From Candidatus Bathyarchaeota archaeon (GTDB taxonomy: Archaea; Thermoproteota; Bathyarchaeia; Bathyarchaeales; DTEX01), in the NCBI GenBank assembly GCA_963714275.1, contig CAVQNT010000002.1, positions 544,001 through 608,000 on the forward strand: DNA of 64,000 nucleotides. The letters are read 5' to 3'. A program made the position numbers and the translations under genes. This document shows positions 20,807-32,077 of the stretch, one piece after another. The notes beneath the pieces are model-generated. The model was not told the origin of the DNA and did not search any database. It saw only the letters and a list, made by a program, of their open reading frames with translations. The number at the start of each line of letters is the position of its first letter. Positions within the stretch are counted from its first letter, which is position 1.

Positions 20807-21142
20807 ATGGATGAGAAGCTTTTAGCGCCTTGTGGCACATACTGCGGAACATGTCACGCTCTGAATAGTGAGTAGAAGCCAAGTTGCTTAGGATGCGGAA
20901 ATCAGAATGGACAACTTTTCTGGGGTAAATGCAAACTATATGCTTGTGCAACGGGCAGAGTTGAACATTGCGGAATGTGTGAGGAATTTCCGTGTGACCT
21001 TTTTGTCGATCAATATGATCCTGCTGAGGGACCAAAAAGCGCCTTTACGAGAGCTGGACTTTTAGCATATCGCAAGAAAGTGGGGTCATTAAAGTTCATT
21101 GAAATGTCCAAGAAACTTCATGAAGAAGAACAGAAAAAATAA
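20807..21142 (+). CDS. DUF3795-like cysteine-rich protein with an in-frame TAG at 20873 (absent from the ORF track)
   Basis: MDEKLLAPCGTYCGTC...E*KPSCLGC...C..YAC...EHCGMCEEFPC; upstream GGAGG RBS. Confidence 0.8.
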
Positions 21143-21202
21143 CAAATACACGTTTAGAAAGGAACCATAACTGGAAACTAATAACCAGTCTGATCTATAT
21201 TC

Positions 21203-21630
21203 AGTTTAGCCGGTGTTGACGATTAACCAATTTTCCCCTTACGTTGAAGCCTTCTTGATTTTGCTCAACCTCGACCTTAAGGTTTTTGCCGATGAACATT
21301 TTTAGTAAATATGCATACCTCTTCGGAATCGGAATATAAAGTCGTTCGTACTCGTAGACTCTTTTTCCTTGCAAGTACTTCTTTTTTGAGACGCGACGGT
21401 AGATCTTCAGCTGTTCTTCCCTTTCCTCAAGAGTTGGGTTGCGCTAGGTTTTGGTGGTTTTAAGTTCTAATAAGAGGTCATGTATGAGTTTGACGGTTTC
21501 GTTTTTAAGGTTGATCTGGTAAGTTGCTGGAGAGGAGTTGTGTTTCTTTACCCATAGACTCTTTTGTTGTGTAGGTACTTCTTTTTTGAGGTACATTTGC
21601 AGATTTTCAACTGTTTTTCCTTGACTTGAA
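21203..21630 (-). pseudogene. Two tandem copies (one decayed) of a small basic hypothetical gene
   Basis: KIYRRVSKKKYLQGKRVYEYERLYIPIPK (about 21203-21410) and KICKCTSKKKYLHNKRVYG* (about 21550-21610). Confidence 0.5.
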
Positions 21631-22262
21631 CTTTTGGCAGAAGTCTAAGATGTGGTCTTTTCCCAGATGGAGGTTGCAGAAGTCAGCTGTAAAAGAACCG
21701 GCAGTCTCGGCAGTCAGTGTTAGTCTTTGTCTTCTGCAAGAAAGGTTTGCCTCCAACGTTTTGTGTTTTTTGAGGCTTTAACCCAAGAAGTTGTGTTTCC
21801 AACTTGCTGGAACCCCTTGTCCCGTAAGACGTTAGTTAAGTGTTTTCTTGTTGAGTAATCAGCATTGGAGTTGTATCTGACCCTTATTCTGAATGGTTCG
21901 CCTTCGCTTGGCTGCGAGGAGAAATTTTAATTTTTGTTTAGAAGTTCTCTGATGTTGAAGACCTGGACAGCCATTTCCGCAACCTCCATTTCGGAGCTGC
22001 TACAACACTGCTTTTAAGCAGTCTGTGAACTAAAGGGGGAGGGGAGCAATAAAGAAGGAACCATCTAGTCCAACAAGATTCCGCCTCTTTGAAGTACGTG
22101 AACTATCTGTTAAGTCTCTCCTCTGCACGCCTGCGTCTGAACTATCGTTTTCTCTGAGGTTGAGCTCTCATTTGGCCATCAGCAAAATGGACAGCACTTT
22201 AAAGGCTCTTGGGTGCGTTTTAGTGGCAACTATATATTCTTGAGAACGCGAATATATCTGAG

Positions 22263-23042
22263 GTGTCATGTTTGCCAATCCCCGTGGTGGAGCGCTCGGA
22301 AAAAGAGATTGCGCAAATTATCAGGAGGAAAGTTGAAGAGATAAAAGGCGTCAAAGGTTACCATCAACTGAATGTGCGCATGACTGGAAAAAGGTTCTAT
22401 GTTGAGATGCATGTCCAACTTGAAAACAATCTCGGGCCTGAGGACGCCCATAAGATCGCCTTAAATATTGAGAGAGAAGTCAAGAGCGTAGTTCCAAATG
22501 CCAGGGTCTCAATTCACACTGAGCCTTTTGAAAGTGATCAAGAAAGCATATGGAGGCTTGTGAAGGATATAGCTGAAGGGGTTCCTGGCTCCAGGGGAAT
22601 TCATAATATACATGTTCTTAGGAGCAGTGGAAATTTGAGCGTGGACCTGCACTTGGAAGTGAGCGCAAACATGACTGTGAAAGAGGCTCATGATGTCATT
22701 GATCAAGTGGAGAGGAAGATCAAAGCTGCTTATCCGAATATTTCGGAGATTACCGTACACGTGGAATCTGCCTCAGATCGCATATCTAGGGAATTGACAG
22801 GGGTCGAGACTGAGCTAAAGTCATACATCGAAGATGTTGCAGGCCACTATCCTGAGATTAAACGTGTACACAGAATCAGAATCCGAAAAGTTGGCGACGG
22901 CCTGAACATATTTCTGCACTGTCATTTCGATTCGAGCCTTAACATGGAGAATGCTCATGAGGTGTCCAGCAGGCTGGAGACTGAAATCAGAAAAACATAT
23001 CCCAACATTGTCAGGATAATTGTCCACGAAGAACCTGACTGA
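22263..23042 (+). CDS. Stand-alone protein made of three cation diffusion facilitator C-terminal (ZT_dimer) domains
   Basis: Three repeats of H.(I/L)..R..G....V..H.........AH......E..(I/V)...P......H.E; no TM segments. Confidence 0.85.
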   Translation: MSCLPIPVVERSEKEIAQIIRRKVEEIKGVKGYHQLNVRMTGKRFYVEMHVQLENNLGPEDAHKIALNIEREVKSVVPNARVSIHTEPFESDQESIWRLVKDIAEGVPGSRGIHNIHVLRSSGNLSVDLHLEVSANMTVKEAHDVIDQVERKIKAAYPNISEITVHVESASDRISRELTGVETELKSYIEDVAGHYPEIKRVHRIRIRKVGDGLNIFLHCHFDSSLNMENAHEVSSRLETEIRKTYPNIVRIIVHEEPD

Positions 23043-23100
23043 AGCCCTTTTCATGTCCAGGCCCATGGGCGCTTGGACAAGACAAAATACCTATATCTGA

Positions 23101-25739
23101 GTGGTAAATAACTCTTCAAGCTCAGTTTTATCACTCTCTCGAGGCGGATTCAAAACAACGGTAAAAGAAAAAACAATTATTGCACAGAAAGACTACTGGT
23201 CTATCCACCCAACACGCATATATCAAGCCCTTGAAACTAGTGAACGAGGCCTGTCAGATGAGGAAGCCCAACAACGCCTAAGGATACACGGTTTCAACGA
23301 ATTGCCTAGAAAGGGCTTCAGCGGGGTTCAAGTGCTTATTAGGCAATTTAGGAATCCGATGTTTGCCATTCTGTTCACATGCGCAACCGTAGCAGCTTTC
23401 TTCGCTGAGATTGAGCAGTCAATTGTCATAATAGTCATGATTGCTCTCAGTGCTATCCTAGGGTTTTTTAACGAGTATAAAGCAGAAAAAATTGTTGAGG
23501 ATCTGCGTCAAAACGTATCCATTAAGGCAGTTGTAACAAGAGATGGGAAACCTTCCGAAATCAACGCTAGACTCCTAGTTCCAGGAGACCTCGTCTCTGT
23601 TTATGTTGGAGATATCGTTCCTGCTGACATGAGGATAGTGGAATCCAAGGATCTTCAAATTAACGAAGCCGTGCTCACTGGAGAATCTTTTCCAACGGAG
23701 AAGACCTCTGAACGCCTCGACCTTCAGCAACCAACACCTCAGCAATTGACGAATTACTTGTTTATGAGCACTATAGTTGTGCATGGTGCCGGTCGGGGGG
23801 TCATAGTCTCGACAGGAAAAAACACGGAGTTCGGAGCCATATCAAAAAGTCTGGCTCGCCCACATCCTGAAACCGAGTTTCAAAAGGGCGTCAGGAACTA
23901 CGGAACGATGCTCATGGTTCTTGCTATCGCTCTTACGGTTGGAATTTTCGCGTTGAACGCCTTAATCGGACATCCAATAATCGATTCTCTCTTGTTCTCT
24001 CTCGCGGTAGCAATCGGATTAGTCCCCGAACTCATGCCTGCAATTGTGACTATCAGCCTTTCGCAAGGAGCTCAGAGGATGTCGAAGGTAAGAGTCGTTG
24101 TTAAACGCCTAGTTTCGATTGAGGATTTCGGAAATATGGATATCCTCTGCACTGACAAAACTGGCACGCTCACAGAAGGAAAGATTGTTCTCAAGGATTA
24201 CTATTCACTTGACGAAAAAAAAGACCCTAGGATACTATCTTACTCGTTACTCTGCAACTCAGCTTTTGTGGGTGAAACCATTGCAGGCAACCCGATGGAT
24301 GTAGCCATTTGGCAGTACGCCACTGAGAACGGTGCAAGAGAAGAACTGAAAAACTACACACGAATTGACGAGATACCGTTCGACTATCAACGGCGTATGA
24401 TGTCCGTGGCAGTAAAAAAGGAGAAAGAGATGATTTTCATCAGCAAGGGTGCTCCAGAATCGGTTATCTCTAGATGCAAGTATGCTGAAATGATGGGAAA
24501 GAACAAACCCATGAGCTCTGTTCTAAAGTCAACTAATAACAAATTCCTCAATCTCTCACAACTTGGATATCGGATCCTAGTGATTGCCTACCGAATAGTA
24601 GATGTCAAGTCTTCATACTCAACTGAAGATGAAAAAGATCTGACTCTTTTAGGCTTCCTAATATTTACTGATCCTCCGAAGAAGGACGCTCATAAAGCTG
24701 TCACTGAGCTGAAAGGGATGGGTGTTGACGTGAAGATACTGACCGGAGACAATGAACTCGTGGCAAGAAAGATATGCGACGACCTCAAAATTTCAGTTAA
24801 AAGATTAATTACTGGCTCAGAACTCACTCAGATGAGTTTAAATGAAATTAAGGTCGTAGTTGAAGAGGCTGTGGTCTTTGCGCGGATCACCCCTGAACAG
24901 AAGCTGGACATCATCAAAGCCTTAAAGAGAAATGGTCATGTGGTAGGCTTTATGGGGGATGGAGTGAATGATGCCCCAGCCCTTTACGAGGCGGATGTAG
25001 GCATATCAGTCGACACGGCTGTAGATGTTTCAAAGGACGCGGCAGACATCGTACTTCTTGAGAAGGATCTGTTCGTGCTGGCTAACGGTATTGAAGAGGG
25101 TCGCAGAATCTTCGGCAATACCACAAAATACATCTCAATGGGAACAAGCTCAAATTTTGGAAACATGTTTAGTGCAGCTGCTGCATCGGTTTTTCTGCCG
25201 TTCCTCCCTATGTTGCCTATGCAGATACTCTTCATGAACCTCTTATATGACATTGCCAACTTCACGTTACCCGCAGATAATGTTGACGAGGAATATACTA
25301 AATGGCCAAGGCGGTGGGACATAAGTTTTGTAAGAAAGTTCACACTTTTCTTCGGTCCTTTCAGTTCGTTGTACGATTTTCTCACCTACGGCATCATGCT
25401 TTTCATATTTGGGACTTTTGTAGCAACACCGCAAGCCGCAGCTGCTCTTCCAAAGTGGCTGGTTCGTAGAATCATTCTGGACTGAAGTCTTAGTGATATT
25501 CGTAATCAGGACCAGACGGATACCCTTCATCACAAGTCGCCCCGGAAAATGGCTCACCGTGCTCACTCTTTCCTGTGTTGCCTTCGGGACCATAGTCCCA
25601 TTCACTCCACTCGGTAAGCTTCCTCGGATTCGCCGCCTTGCCAGTTGAATACTGGGTACTCTTAATTCTAATGGTTGCTACCTATTTACTTCTGGTAGAT
25701 GCCGGTAAAGTATTCTTCTATAAAATTTGCAGGTTCTAA
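23101..25739 (+). CDS. mgtA: Magnesium-translocating P-type ATPase (frameshifts near 25443 and 25617)
   Basis: VPELMP, DKTGT, GDGVND, SSNFGNMFS, PFLPMLP.Q, FQSGWFVES in the shifted frame. Confidence 0.9.
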
Positions 25740-25751
25740 TGGAGGAAACAT

Positions 25752-26084
25752 GTGTTGCAGATTGATCTGTTTAGCTGGTGGGTCATTAGCATTAGCTGGA
25801 GTATTGTGTTCCTAGTATTAGTGAGCATATATCTTTACGCAAACAGCAAGACCAAGCGCAATATGGACAAGGGAGAAACTGAAAACAGAATAAAAAGGTT
25901 GGGGAAGGACTTTGTATTTGTCTGGGTCTTGATAAGTCTTCTTGTCTTTTACATAGTCTCAGTTAATATAGGTTCTTCCGCCCTCTTTGCAGCAGGGAAT
26001 ATAATTATTGAAATAATTTTGATTGCTTATCTTGCGAAGAGCAAATACAGGTCGGAGCAAACACAACATTCAAGATCACAGTAA
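25752..26084 (+). CDS. Small three-TM membrane protein, probably co-transcribed with mgtA
   Basis: Three hydrophobic segments; GGAGG RBS immediately after the mgtA stop. Confidence 0.65.
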   Translation: MLQIDLFSWWVISISWSIVFLVLVSIYLYANSKTKRNMDKGETENRIKRLGKDFVFVWVLISLLVFYIVSVNIGSSALFAAGNIIIEIILIAYLAKSKYRSEQTQHSRSQ

Positions 26085-26345
26085 ACGCCTAAGCATCTTT
26101 ACAGTTAAATTTCTCGGGATTTTCTTTTGGAAAACCGCTTCAGGGTTTTTTGATCATTCATAGTTTCATAGATCCTCCTCTTGAACCTATCATACAGTGA
26201 GGCTCTTGACTGCTAGTTGTAGCGTTTTTGCCATGAATTTTATTGGTTCTGAGTTCAAATGACTAAAAACGAGAAATTTGGACCGCTAGCCAAACCCAAT
26301 GTTCTGTTATGTTTTAGTAGAAAAAAGGGTGTGGGCCAGCAGACT

Positions 26346-27531
26346 TTATAATGCCGTTGCTGTAACGTTGAAAGTCTGGCAGCCTTCTCCCATCAATCTT
26401 ATGGTGTAGGTTTCGTCAGGTATTGGAGTTATGATAGTTTGTGGTGTACGTCTTTCCTTTTCTTCGTCATGTTCTGGTTTAAGCTGGATGACGCCGCTGA
26501 AGCTCAGCGTGACCGATTGTCCAGGTTGTAGGGTGAGTCCTCTTCGATTTCCTTCATTTTCATCATGTTCACCATGCCAATCCTCTTCGGAGCCAAGGAC
26601 TGGGACTAGAGATGTGCCGTTTATTTTGAACGGGATTGTGTCTGGATGTTCGATCTCCATATTATCATTATTCTTATGGTTGTTATGCCCTTCATCATTT
26701 TGATTGTTTTGCATGCTCGTGGATGATACGTTGAACAGTCCATGTAGTGTCAGTCCGGATATGGTTGCGTTCGTATTCCCATCATTTTTGAAAGTGACCG
26801 AGAAACTTGTGACGTTGCCATTTACAGAGAGAGAGGCACTGGTTATAACTATCTTCTTAGAGGTTTCTTGCACTACTCTAATCGGCTTCACCTTGTCATT
26901 ATCCTCCAGTCTAACTATGGTTCCGACCTTTATGTGGTCTGCTTTTACATTGGTTACGATTGTTGCTGTGGCGCTTGGAACAAGGACGAAGTAATTGACG
27001 GTGCCTCCTGTTGAGTTTATTGCCTGTATCTGAACAAGTGTCGGTCGGAAGTCAAAGAGCACACCTAGCGTCTGGTTCACTTTCTGGCTGTTCGCTATGG
27101 AAATTATGAGTTGGTTGGATAGAGCTGTTACGTTATAAACTGTCCCGTCTACCTTAGCCTTTACCGATGAAATTGTGAACTGGATCATGTCTACTGTTGA
27201 GTTTTGGGGTAGTGTTGTGGAAGCGATCGTCTGACTCATGTTTATCAATGTGAAGAGGTTTACGGTTCCTGATGCCTCGACGGGAAGCCACACCTTGGTT
27301 CCATTCTGATAGGTTATGTGCAGTGAAACATTAGAATATGTTAGATTCAGCACAGTTGTCCCAGCTGGCACGGTTGGAGGGTCAGTCAGCATCACCAGGA
27401 AAGTAAATGATGGCGTCGGGGTTTCTGTGGGGAAAAGTATGGGATTGGTGAATGTCACAGTCAGCTATTATGACCATTGCTACGAGAACTGCAGCTCCAC
27501 CATATTTCAATGTCCATTTTCTTGTTGACAT
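26346..27531 (-). CDS. Membrane-anchored DUF4382-like beta-rich surface protein (frameshift near 27463)
   Basis: N-terminal anchor MSTRKWTLKYGGAAVLVAMVII; VMLTDPP motif; many N-x-S/T sequons; His/acidic loops. Confidence 0.7.
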
Positions 27532-27727
27532 CTATAATTCCTCTTCAGGACAATGGGAGTGCAGGTAGATAATGCTATATTTTTGAAACATTTTCAAAAA
27601 TAGTTGAACGCCTCTTTCAAGGGTTTTAAAAGCCAACAAAATCAGCCGCCAGATTGAACTGCAGCGGAATATGCTGTGGGTAGAAATTTCTAATTAGGCT
27701 ACGACTGGACTTATGTCTTCACTCAGG

Positions 27728-28147
27728 TCAAACGACCAGCCTGCGCCACAGCCTAATTGTTTCGTACCAGAATGTAAGGACCATAGCAAAAGAGGCTACT
27801 ATTAGGTAGACTGTAAAGCCCGGTGCCTGCAGGGCCTCATACGATAGGTAGAGCGTAAGGATAGTGAAGAGGAGTGTAAAGAAGAAGAGTTGCGGCACAA
27901 TTGCGGGTCCTATCTTTGAGTAACCATCAAGAATCTTTATGGATGCTTCCTCTACTGCACAGTATCTTCCATGTTCATCCTGCCTTACATAGCCAGCTTC
28001 GGAAAGCTTGCCGAGGTGGTAGGAGGCAAGAGAAGCTGTTGATAAGCCAACTCCATGCTGGATGTCCCTGAGTTCACAGGCTCCATGTCTTAGTATGTAC
28101 AGGTAAACTTTGAGCGTGTTGCCTCTAACTTCTTGGTTGACTGTCAT
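27728..28147 (-). CDS. ArsR-like wHTH protein with two C-terminal TM helices
   Basis: TLKVYLYIL...RDIQ..VGLS..SLASYHL.KL...GYV followed by two hydrophobic helices. Confidence 0.78.
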   Translation of the reverse strand: MTVNQEVRGNTLKVYLYILRHGACELRDIQHGVGLSTASLASYHLGKLSEAGYVRQDEHGRYCAVEEASIKILDGYSKIGPAIVPQLFFFTLLFTILTLYLSYEALQAPGFTVYLIVASFAMVLTFWYETIRLWRRLVV

Positions 28148-28552
28148 TTCAGAAATAGATGAATAAAACCTGATAATTTAATGCTTACGGATTATTAGTC
28201 TATTTCTAGATATCTATTTTTGCAGAGGTTGATCCTGTAAAATAGCTGACTAAATGCCTCTTCCGGCTTCAAGACTAAATGCAACAATACCCTAAATTGG
28301 GCTCCACATCCCAACCCAGCCTCAAGATCATCCCAGATAATGCATGATCGTCTGTTATTAGCAGTCAACATAACAGACTCGAGCTAATGGCTAAACTCAT
28401 TTAAGCAGTCTGTGAAAAGACGGGGAGAGGGGTATTCAAATGCCCATTCTTAGATGATGTGCCAAGTAGTCGGCTGTGACATCATTTCAACTCGGTGTAT
28501 TCACCATTTGCCAGTCTGTATTCTAGTGCACCTTTTAGAATTCTTTTTTTAT

Positions 28553-28783
28553 TCACTCATTCACTATCATCGTCAAGGTTGAGCTAACGCCGTCCAGCCT
28601 TCTTATTTGGTAAGTTATTAAATCTTTGATCTTGTCCATAGACGGTGCTTCAACCTTAACAACTACGTCGTATACTCCAAATACGCTGTAAGCTTCTTTT
28701 ACGCTTTCGACGTTCTCTAAGGCTTTCAAGACTTTTTCCATAGCGTCAATCTTTGCGTTTATCAGGACAAAAGCGACAGGCAC
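28553..28783 (-). CDS. Lrp/AsnC ligand-binding domain protein
   Basis: AFVLIN...V.EAYSVFGVYDVVVKVE...IR.LDGV.STLTMI. Confidence 0.9.
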   Translation of the reverse strand: MPVAFVLINAKIDAMEKVLKALENVESVKEAYSVFGVYDVVVKVEAPSMDKIKDLITYQIRRLDGVSSTLTMIVNE

Positions 28784-28937
28784 AGAATCAACTCCTCAAA
28801 TTTACAGTTGTTCTCCTCGGTTTAAAGGTTTATCTTAGAATTGTGCACAAAAAAAGAGGCAACGTTTTTGTCCTATGGCAAGAAATATTACTTTCTTAAG
28901 CCAATTGTCATGTTGATTCGTTGGATGGTGAGCTTCT

Positions 28938-29195
28938 GTGTCTGTTCGTTCCCAACCTAAAGCGAGCTTTAGAGCTAGATTGCCTAACGGGGACTTCTTG
29001 ACCTTGACTGTCTGGGGAGGGAAGTCTGACCCCATGGCTGAGGTAATTACGGTGCAGATCCGCCATCTTTCAGGTGACCTTTGGGAGACTATCGGAAGGT
29101 TGGCTGCCTACAGAACCGCTGATGGAAGCTACTCACAATTGCCAGAACGTAGAGAGCAGAAACAGGACAGTGGGAACTCGACATTAGAAATTTGA
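28938..29195 (+). CDS. Hypothetical protein
   Basis: 85-aa ORF with a GGTGA RBS and globular composition. Confidence 0.6.
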   Translation: MSVRSQPKASFRARLPNGDFLTLTVWGGKSDPMAEVITVQIRHLSGDLWETIGRLAAYRTADGSYSQLPERREQKQDSGNSTLEI

Positions 29196-29442
29196 GGCTT
29201 CAACTCAATGTAATGCGTGGGCTTCTGAAAGACGCGATCTCTGTTGTTCTGGTAATCGGCGTTATCGGAACAAGGTATTAGACGGTCTGACTGTTATCCC
29301 GATACTCACTGATTCTGACTTAATGACCCGCCATCAAGTTGGTTGCAAAACCCGTTTCTGCCTTCGCCACCTTTTAAGTAAATGGTTTATTGCGGGTTAG
29401 CGCGATTTTATACTTCAAATGCTCCCAATTTTTCTTTGCAGA

Positions 29443-30792
29443 TTACAATTTGTAATGCTTTCCTTTTACTGCAATCAATGTGTTCTTACTTATTTCCATA
29501 AAAAGTAAGGGATTCTCTGTGTGTATGGGGAATATCTTCTCTGGGTTGATTCGTTCAACCATTTCTACTAATTCCTTCCTACTGAGGTGGCCAGAGGCGT
29601 GCAGCTGATGAAACTCTATGTTAAAGTGGTCTAGCCAGTTGTGCATCACCTGGTCTTCTAGGTCTTCTTCGCTGAAAGGCTCACTCATGCTGTGAATGAA
29701 GTGGCTGCCTAGTTCTGGCTTAATGTCTATTAGCTCGCCGAACTGGTAGAAATCCAAGTCCATTATTAGACGACCTTGATTCTCGTGGACATATTCGGCT
29801 GTAACCATCCTATCCATGAACGGTCTTTCCCAGAGGTAGTAATCTTTTTCCGCGAAAGTTCCAGACTTCTTCCTCTTGTAATAGACGAGAATGTTATCGT
29901 CCTTAAGCGGGTTGGGAAGGTTCAAATGCTCATCCTCAATCAGCTTATTCAAGAGGTATGCTGTTCTTGGAAGGATGACTATTTTCCTGTCGTTCTCCTT
30001 CGCAACCTCATACATGGTTCTAAACCTGTCAGTATCACGCCCATAATGCGCAACGAAAACTATCTTACCAGTGCCAGACACGATCCTGTTGCTTTTCTCC
30101 TTCACCTCGGTCTCAGAATGGTTCACCCGATGTTCCTGTTCCACCATCCTAGTCCCTTCAGTTACCAAGGCAACCGGCTCACAATCGCTTGCCTTTTCGA
30201 TGAACTGTTCTGTCATCTCCTTTTTTGGACCGTGAGCTCTCATATCACCGGTGTAGACAACTTCCCCTTGCGACGTGTGTATGATGAAGCCGTAGGCTCC
30301 GGGTATAGAGTGGTCGACGTGGATCGGCTCTACCTCAAGAGAATCTACTTGTGCAGTATCTCCGGTTCTGAAAGTTTGGTAGGGGTGTTCTCCCAAGGGG
30401 ATTGAGGAGGTCTCTTCCGCTGATTCTATGAAGAATTTGGTGCATGAGCCGCAGAATACGGGGATCTTCTCGTCAATGAAGCATATGTGGGCCATGTGGT
30501 CGAAGTGGGCATGAGACACAAACACCGCGTCAACCTTTGGTTTAGAGTAGGGAAGGTCGGTGTACTGCAGTTGCCTTTCACTGTATAATCCCTTGATCCT
30601 CGGCATCAAATCGAACTCAAAATAGTCCTTCAAACCGTAGAGTGCTCTTGGAGCAAGCCAGCCAGTAAAATAGTCAGTTCCTAACATGAAAGGTTGCCCA
30701 AAATCAAGAAATACCTTCACATTTTTGTCTTTTAAAAGAACCTTGTTTCCACCAATTTCTCCTACTCCACCATAAAAAGTTAATCCAGTCAT
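29443..30792 (-). CDS. MBL-fold beta-CASP hydrolase, RNase J-like
   Basis: GGVGEIGGN, SHAHFDH, DHSIPG, YTGD, HASGH, PIHT. Confidence 0.88.
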   Translation of the reverse strand: MTGLTFYGGVGEIGGNKVLLKDKNVKVFLDFGQPFMLGTDYFTGWLAPRALYGLKDYFEFDLMPRIKGLYSERQLQYTDLPYSKPKVDAVFVSHAHFDHMAHICFIDEKIPVFCGSCTKFFIESAEETSSIPLGEHPYQTFRTGDTAQVDSLEVEPIHVDHSIPGAYGFIIHTSQGEVVYTGDMRAHGPKKEMTEQFIEKASDCEPVALVTEGTRMVEQEHRVNHSETEVKEKSNRIVSGTGKIVFVAHYGRDTDRFRTMYEVAKENDRKIVILPRTAYLLNKLIEDEHLNLPNPLKDDNILVYYKRKKSGTFAEKDYYLWERPFMDRMVTAEYVHENQGRLIMDLDFYQFGELIDIKPELGSHFIHSMSEPFSEEDLEDQVMHNWLDHFNIEFHQLHASGHLSRKELVEMVERINPEKIFPIHTENPLLFMEISKNTLIAVKGKHYKL

Positions 30793-31040
30793 ATTTCTTC
30801 ATGGTAAAATAAGTTATAATCATTAAATATGTTATGAAGATAAAACACTGCGAGGATTTAAAGACCCTTCAGCAGGAAGGATTAAGTGATATCCAATCGC
30901 ATAATACAACACTTAACTGAAACAAAAACTCCTGTAGCTGCAGCTAGATACTTTCAGAAGCTGACTTTCAGTTGCATCTTTTTTTTATATCCTCCTAAAT
31001 TAAAGGAATTGACTGCCATTATTTATGTAGTATGCAGTAT

Positions 31041-32066
31041 CTAAGGAACCCTCAAAACTAGGATTTCGAGGATGGTTAACAGGCTAATTAAGTAAAGGGT
31101 AAGTAGGACGAAGCCCTCTCGGCCCCCAAGTTTGCCATTGTCTAAGAAGTACCATAACAAGAGGTTTGAAACAACGCTGAATAGAATGAGGTCTGAGAGA
31201 ACAAGAAGGTTCACTCTAAACGGCGTAAAAGTTAACAGTAGACCCATGATAAGTGTCGAATTTAAGAAACAGCTTCCAACGATGTCGCCCATTGCAATTT
31301 CAAAGTGTCCCCTATAGGCAGCTCTAACATCTACGATAAATTCAGGCAAGCTGGTTCCAAAAGCCACCAGTGTAGCACCAATAATTGAAGATGCGATTCC
31401 CAAGTAGGATGCAATGTCTATCGCTGAATCAATTGTTAGCCTCGCACCAATTATGATGCCTGCTATCCCAGCTGTGAGGAGCACTAGGTCCTTTTTTATT
31501 CTTCCATCACTAGTGTTACTAGATGCAGTGTCTTCTTTTTCTTTGCTCTTACGAATCAATATGTAGGAGTACCCAAAAAATACGCACAACAGAAGCACGC
31601 CTATGAGTCTGCTGATATATTGCAGATAGAGAAGTGTCAGAAGCACTATTGAAATAACCATCAATCCGGTTGTATATTCTTTCTTGTCTTCTTCCTTGAT
31701 GATAATTTGCCTTTTATGAGAAACTAGGGTGGCAACAATAAGGCTTGCACCAATAACAAGAGCAATGTTAGTTATGTTGGATCCGAGAATGTCTCCAAGC
31801 GAAACAGACATGTTTCCAACGACTATCGAGTTGACAGCAACGGATAACTCGGGCAACGATGTTGCGAAGGCTATTAAAAGAAAACTCAAAACAGATTTTC
31901 TCAATCTTCGCTTCTCAGATATGGCAATTATGCTAGATATGACTATGCCACTTGCACCACCAAGCAATGCCAGCCCAATCGCCAGCAATAGGGGAGATAA
32001 CCAAAACATTTGAAACCTCTCGTTCTGATTAACAGCAAAGGATTTGGATTTTACATTTATATTCAT
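31041..32066 (-). CDS. Sodium:calcium antiporter (CaCA/YrbG family)
   Basis: Alpha repeats ATSLPE...GDILGSN and GTSLPE...GDIVGS. Confidence 0.9.
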   Translation of the reverse strand: MNINVKSKSFAVNQNERFQMFWLSPLLLAIGLALLGGASGIVISSIIAISEKRRLRKSVLSFLLIAFATSLPELSVAVNSIVVGNMSVSLGDILGSNITNIALVIGASLIVATLVSHKRQIIIKEEDKKEYTTGLMVISIVLLTLLYLQYISRLIGVLLLCVFFGYSYILIRKSKEKEDTASSNTSDGRIKKDLVLLTAGIAGIIIGARLTIDSAIDIASYLGIASSIIGATLVAFGTSLPEFIVDVRAAYRGHFEIAMGDIVGSCFLNSTLIMGLLLTFTPFRVNLLVLSDLILFSVVSNLLLWYFLDNGKLGGREGFVLLTLYLISLLTILEILVLRVP

Positions 32067-32077
32067 TATGGACTAAC

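Larger units (their letters stand above)
13774..28420. mobile_element. Putative tRNA-Leu-associated integrated element/genomic island with cation-transport cargo; right boundary uncertain
   Basis: Integrase 65 bp from the tRNA 3' end, gene remnants, an AT-rich foreign-looking gene, wHTH genes; no clean attR found. Confidence 0.55.

Noticed and set aside
20873-20875. In-frame TAG in the DUF3795-like gene as pyrrolysine
   Set aside because: Same GAG-preceded context as the other lesions; no pyl genes in the window; TAG is a normal stop elsewhere (lhr, cdc48). Not fully excluded without the whole genome.
28454-28496. ATGATGT/ACATCAT hairpin as a C/D box sRNA or riboswitch
   Set aside because: No proper C box (RTGATGA) and D box (CTGA) pair; too short to support a call.
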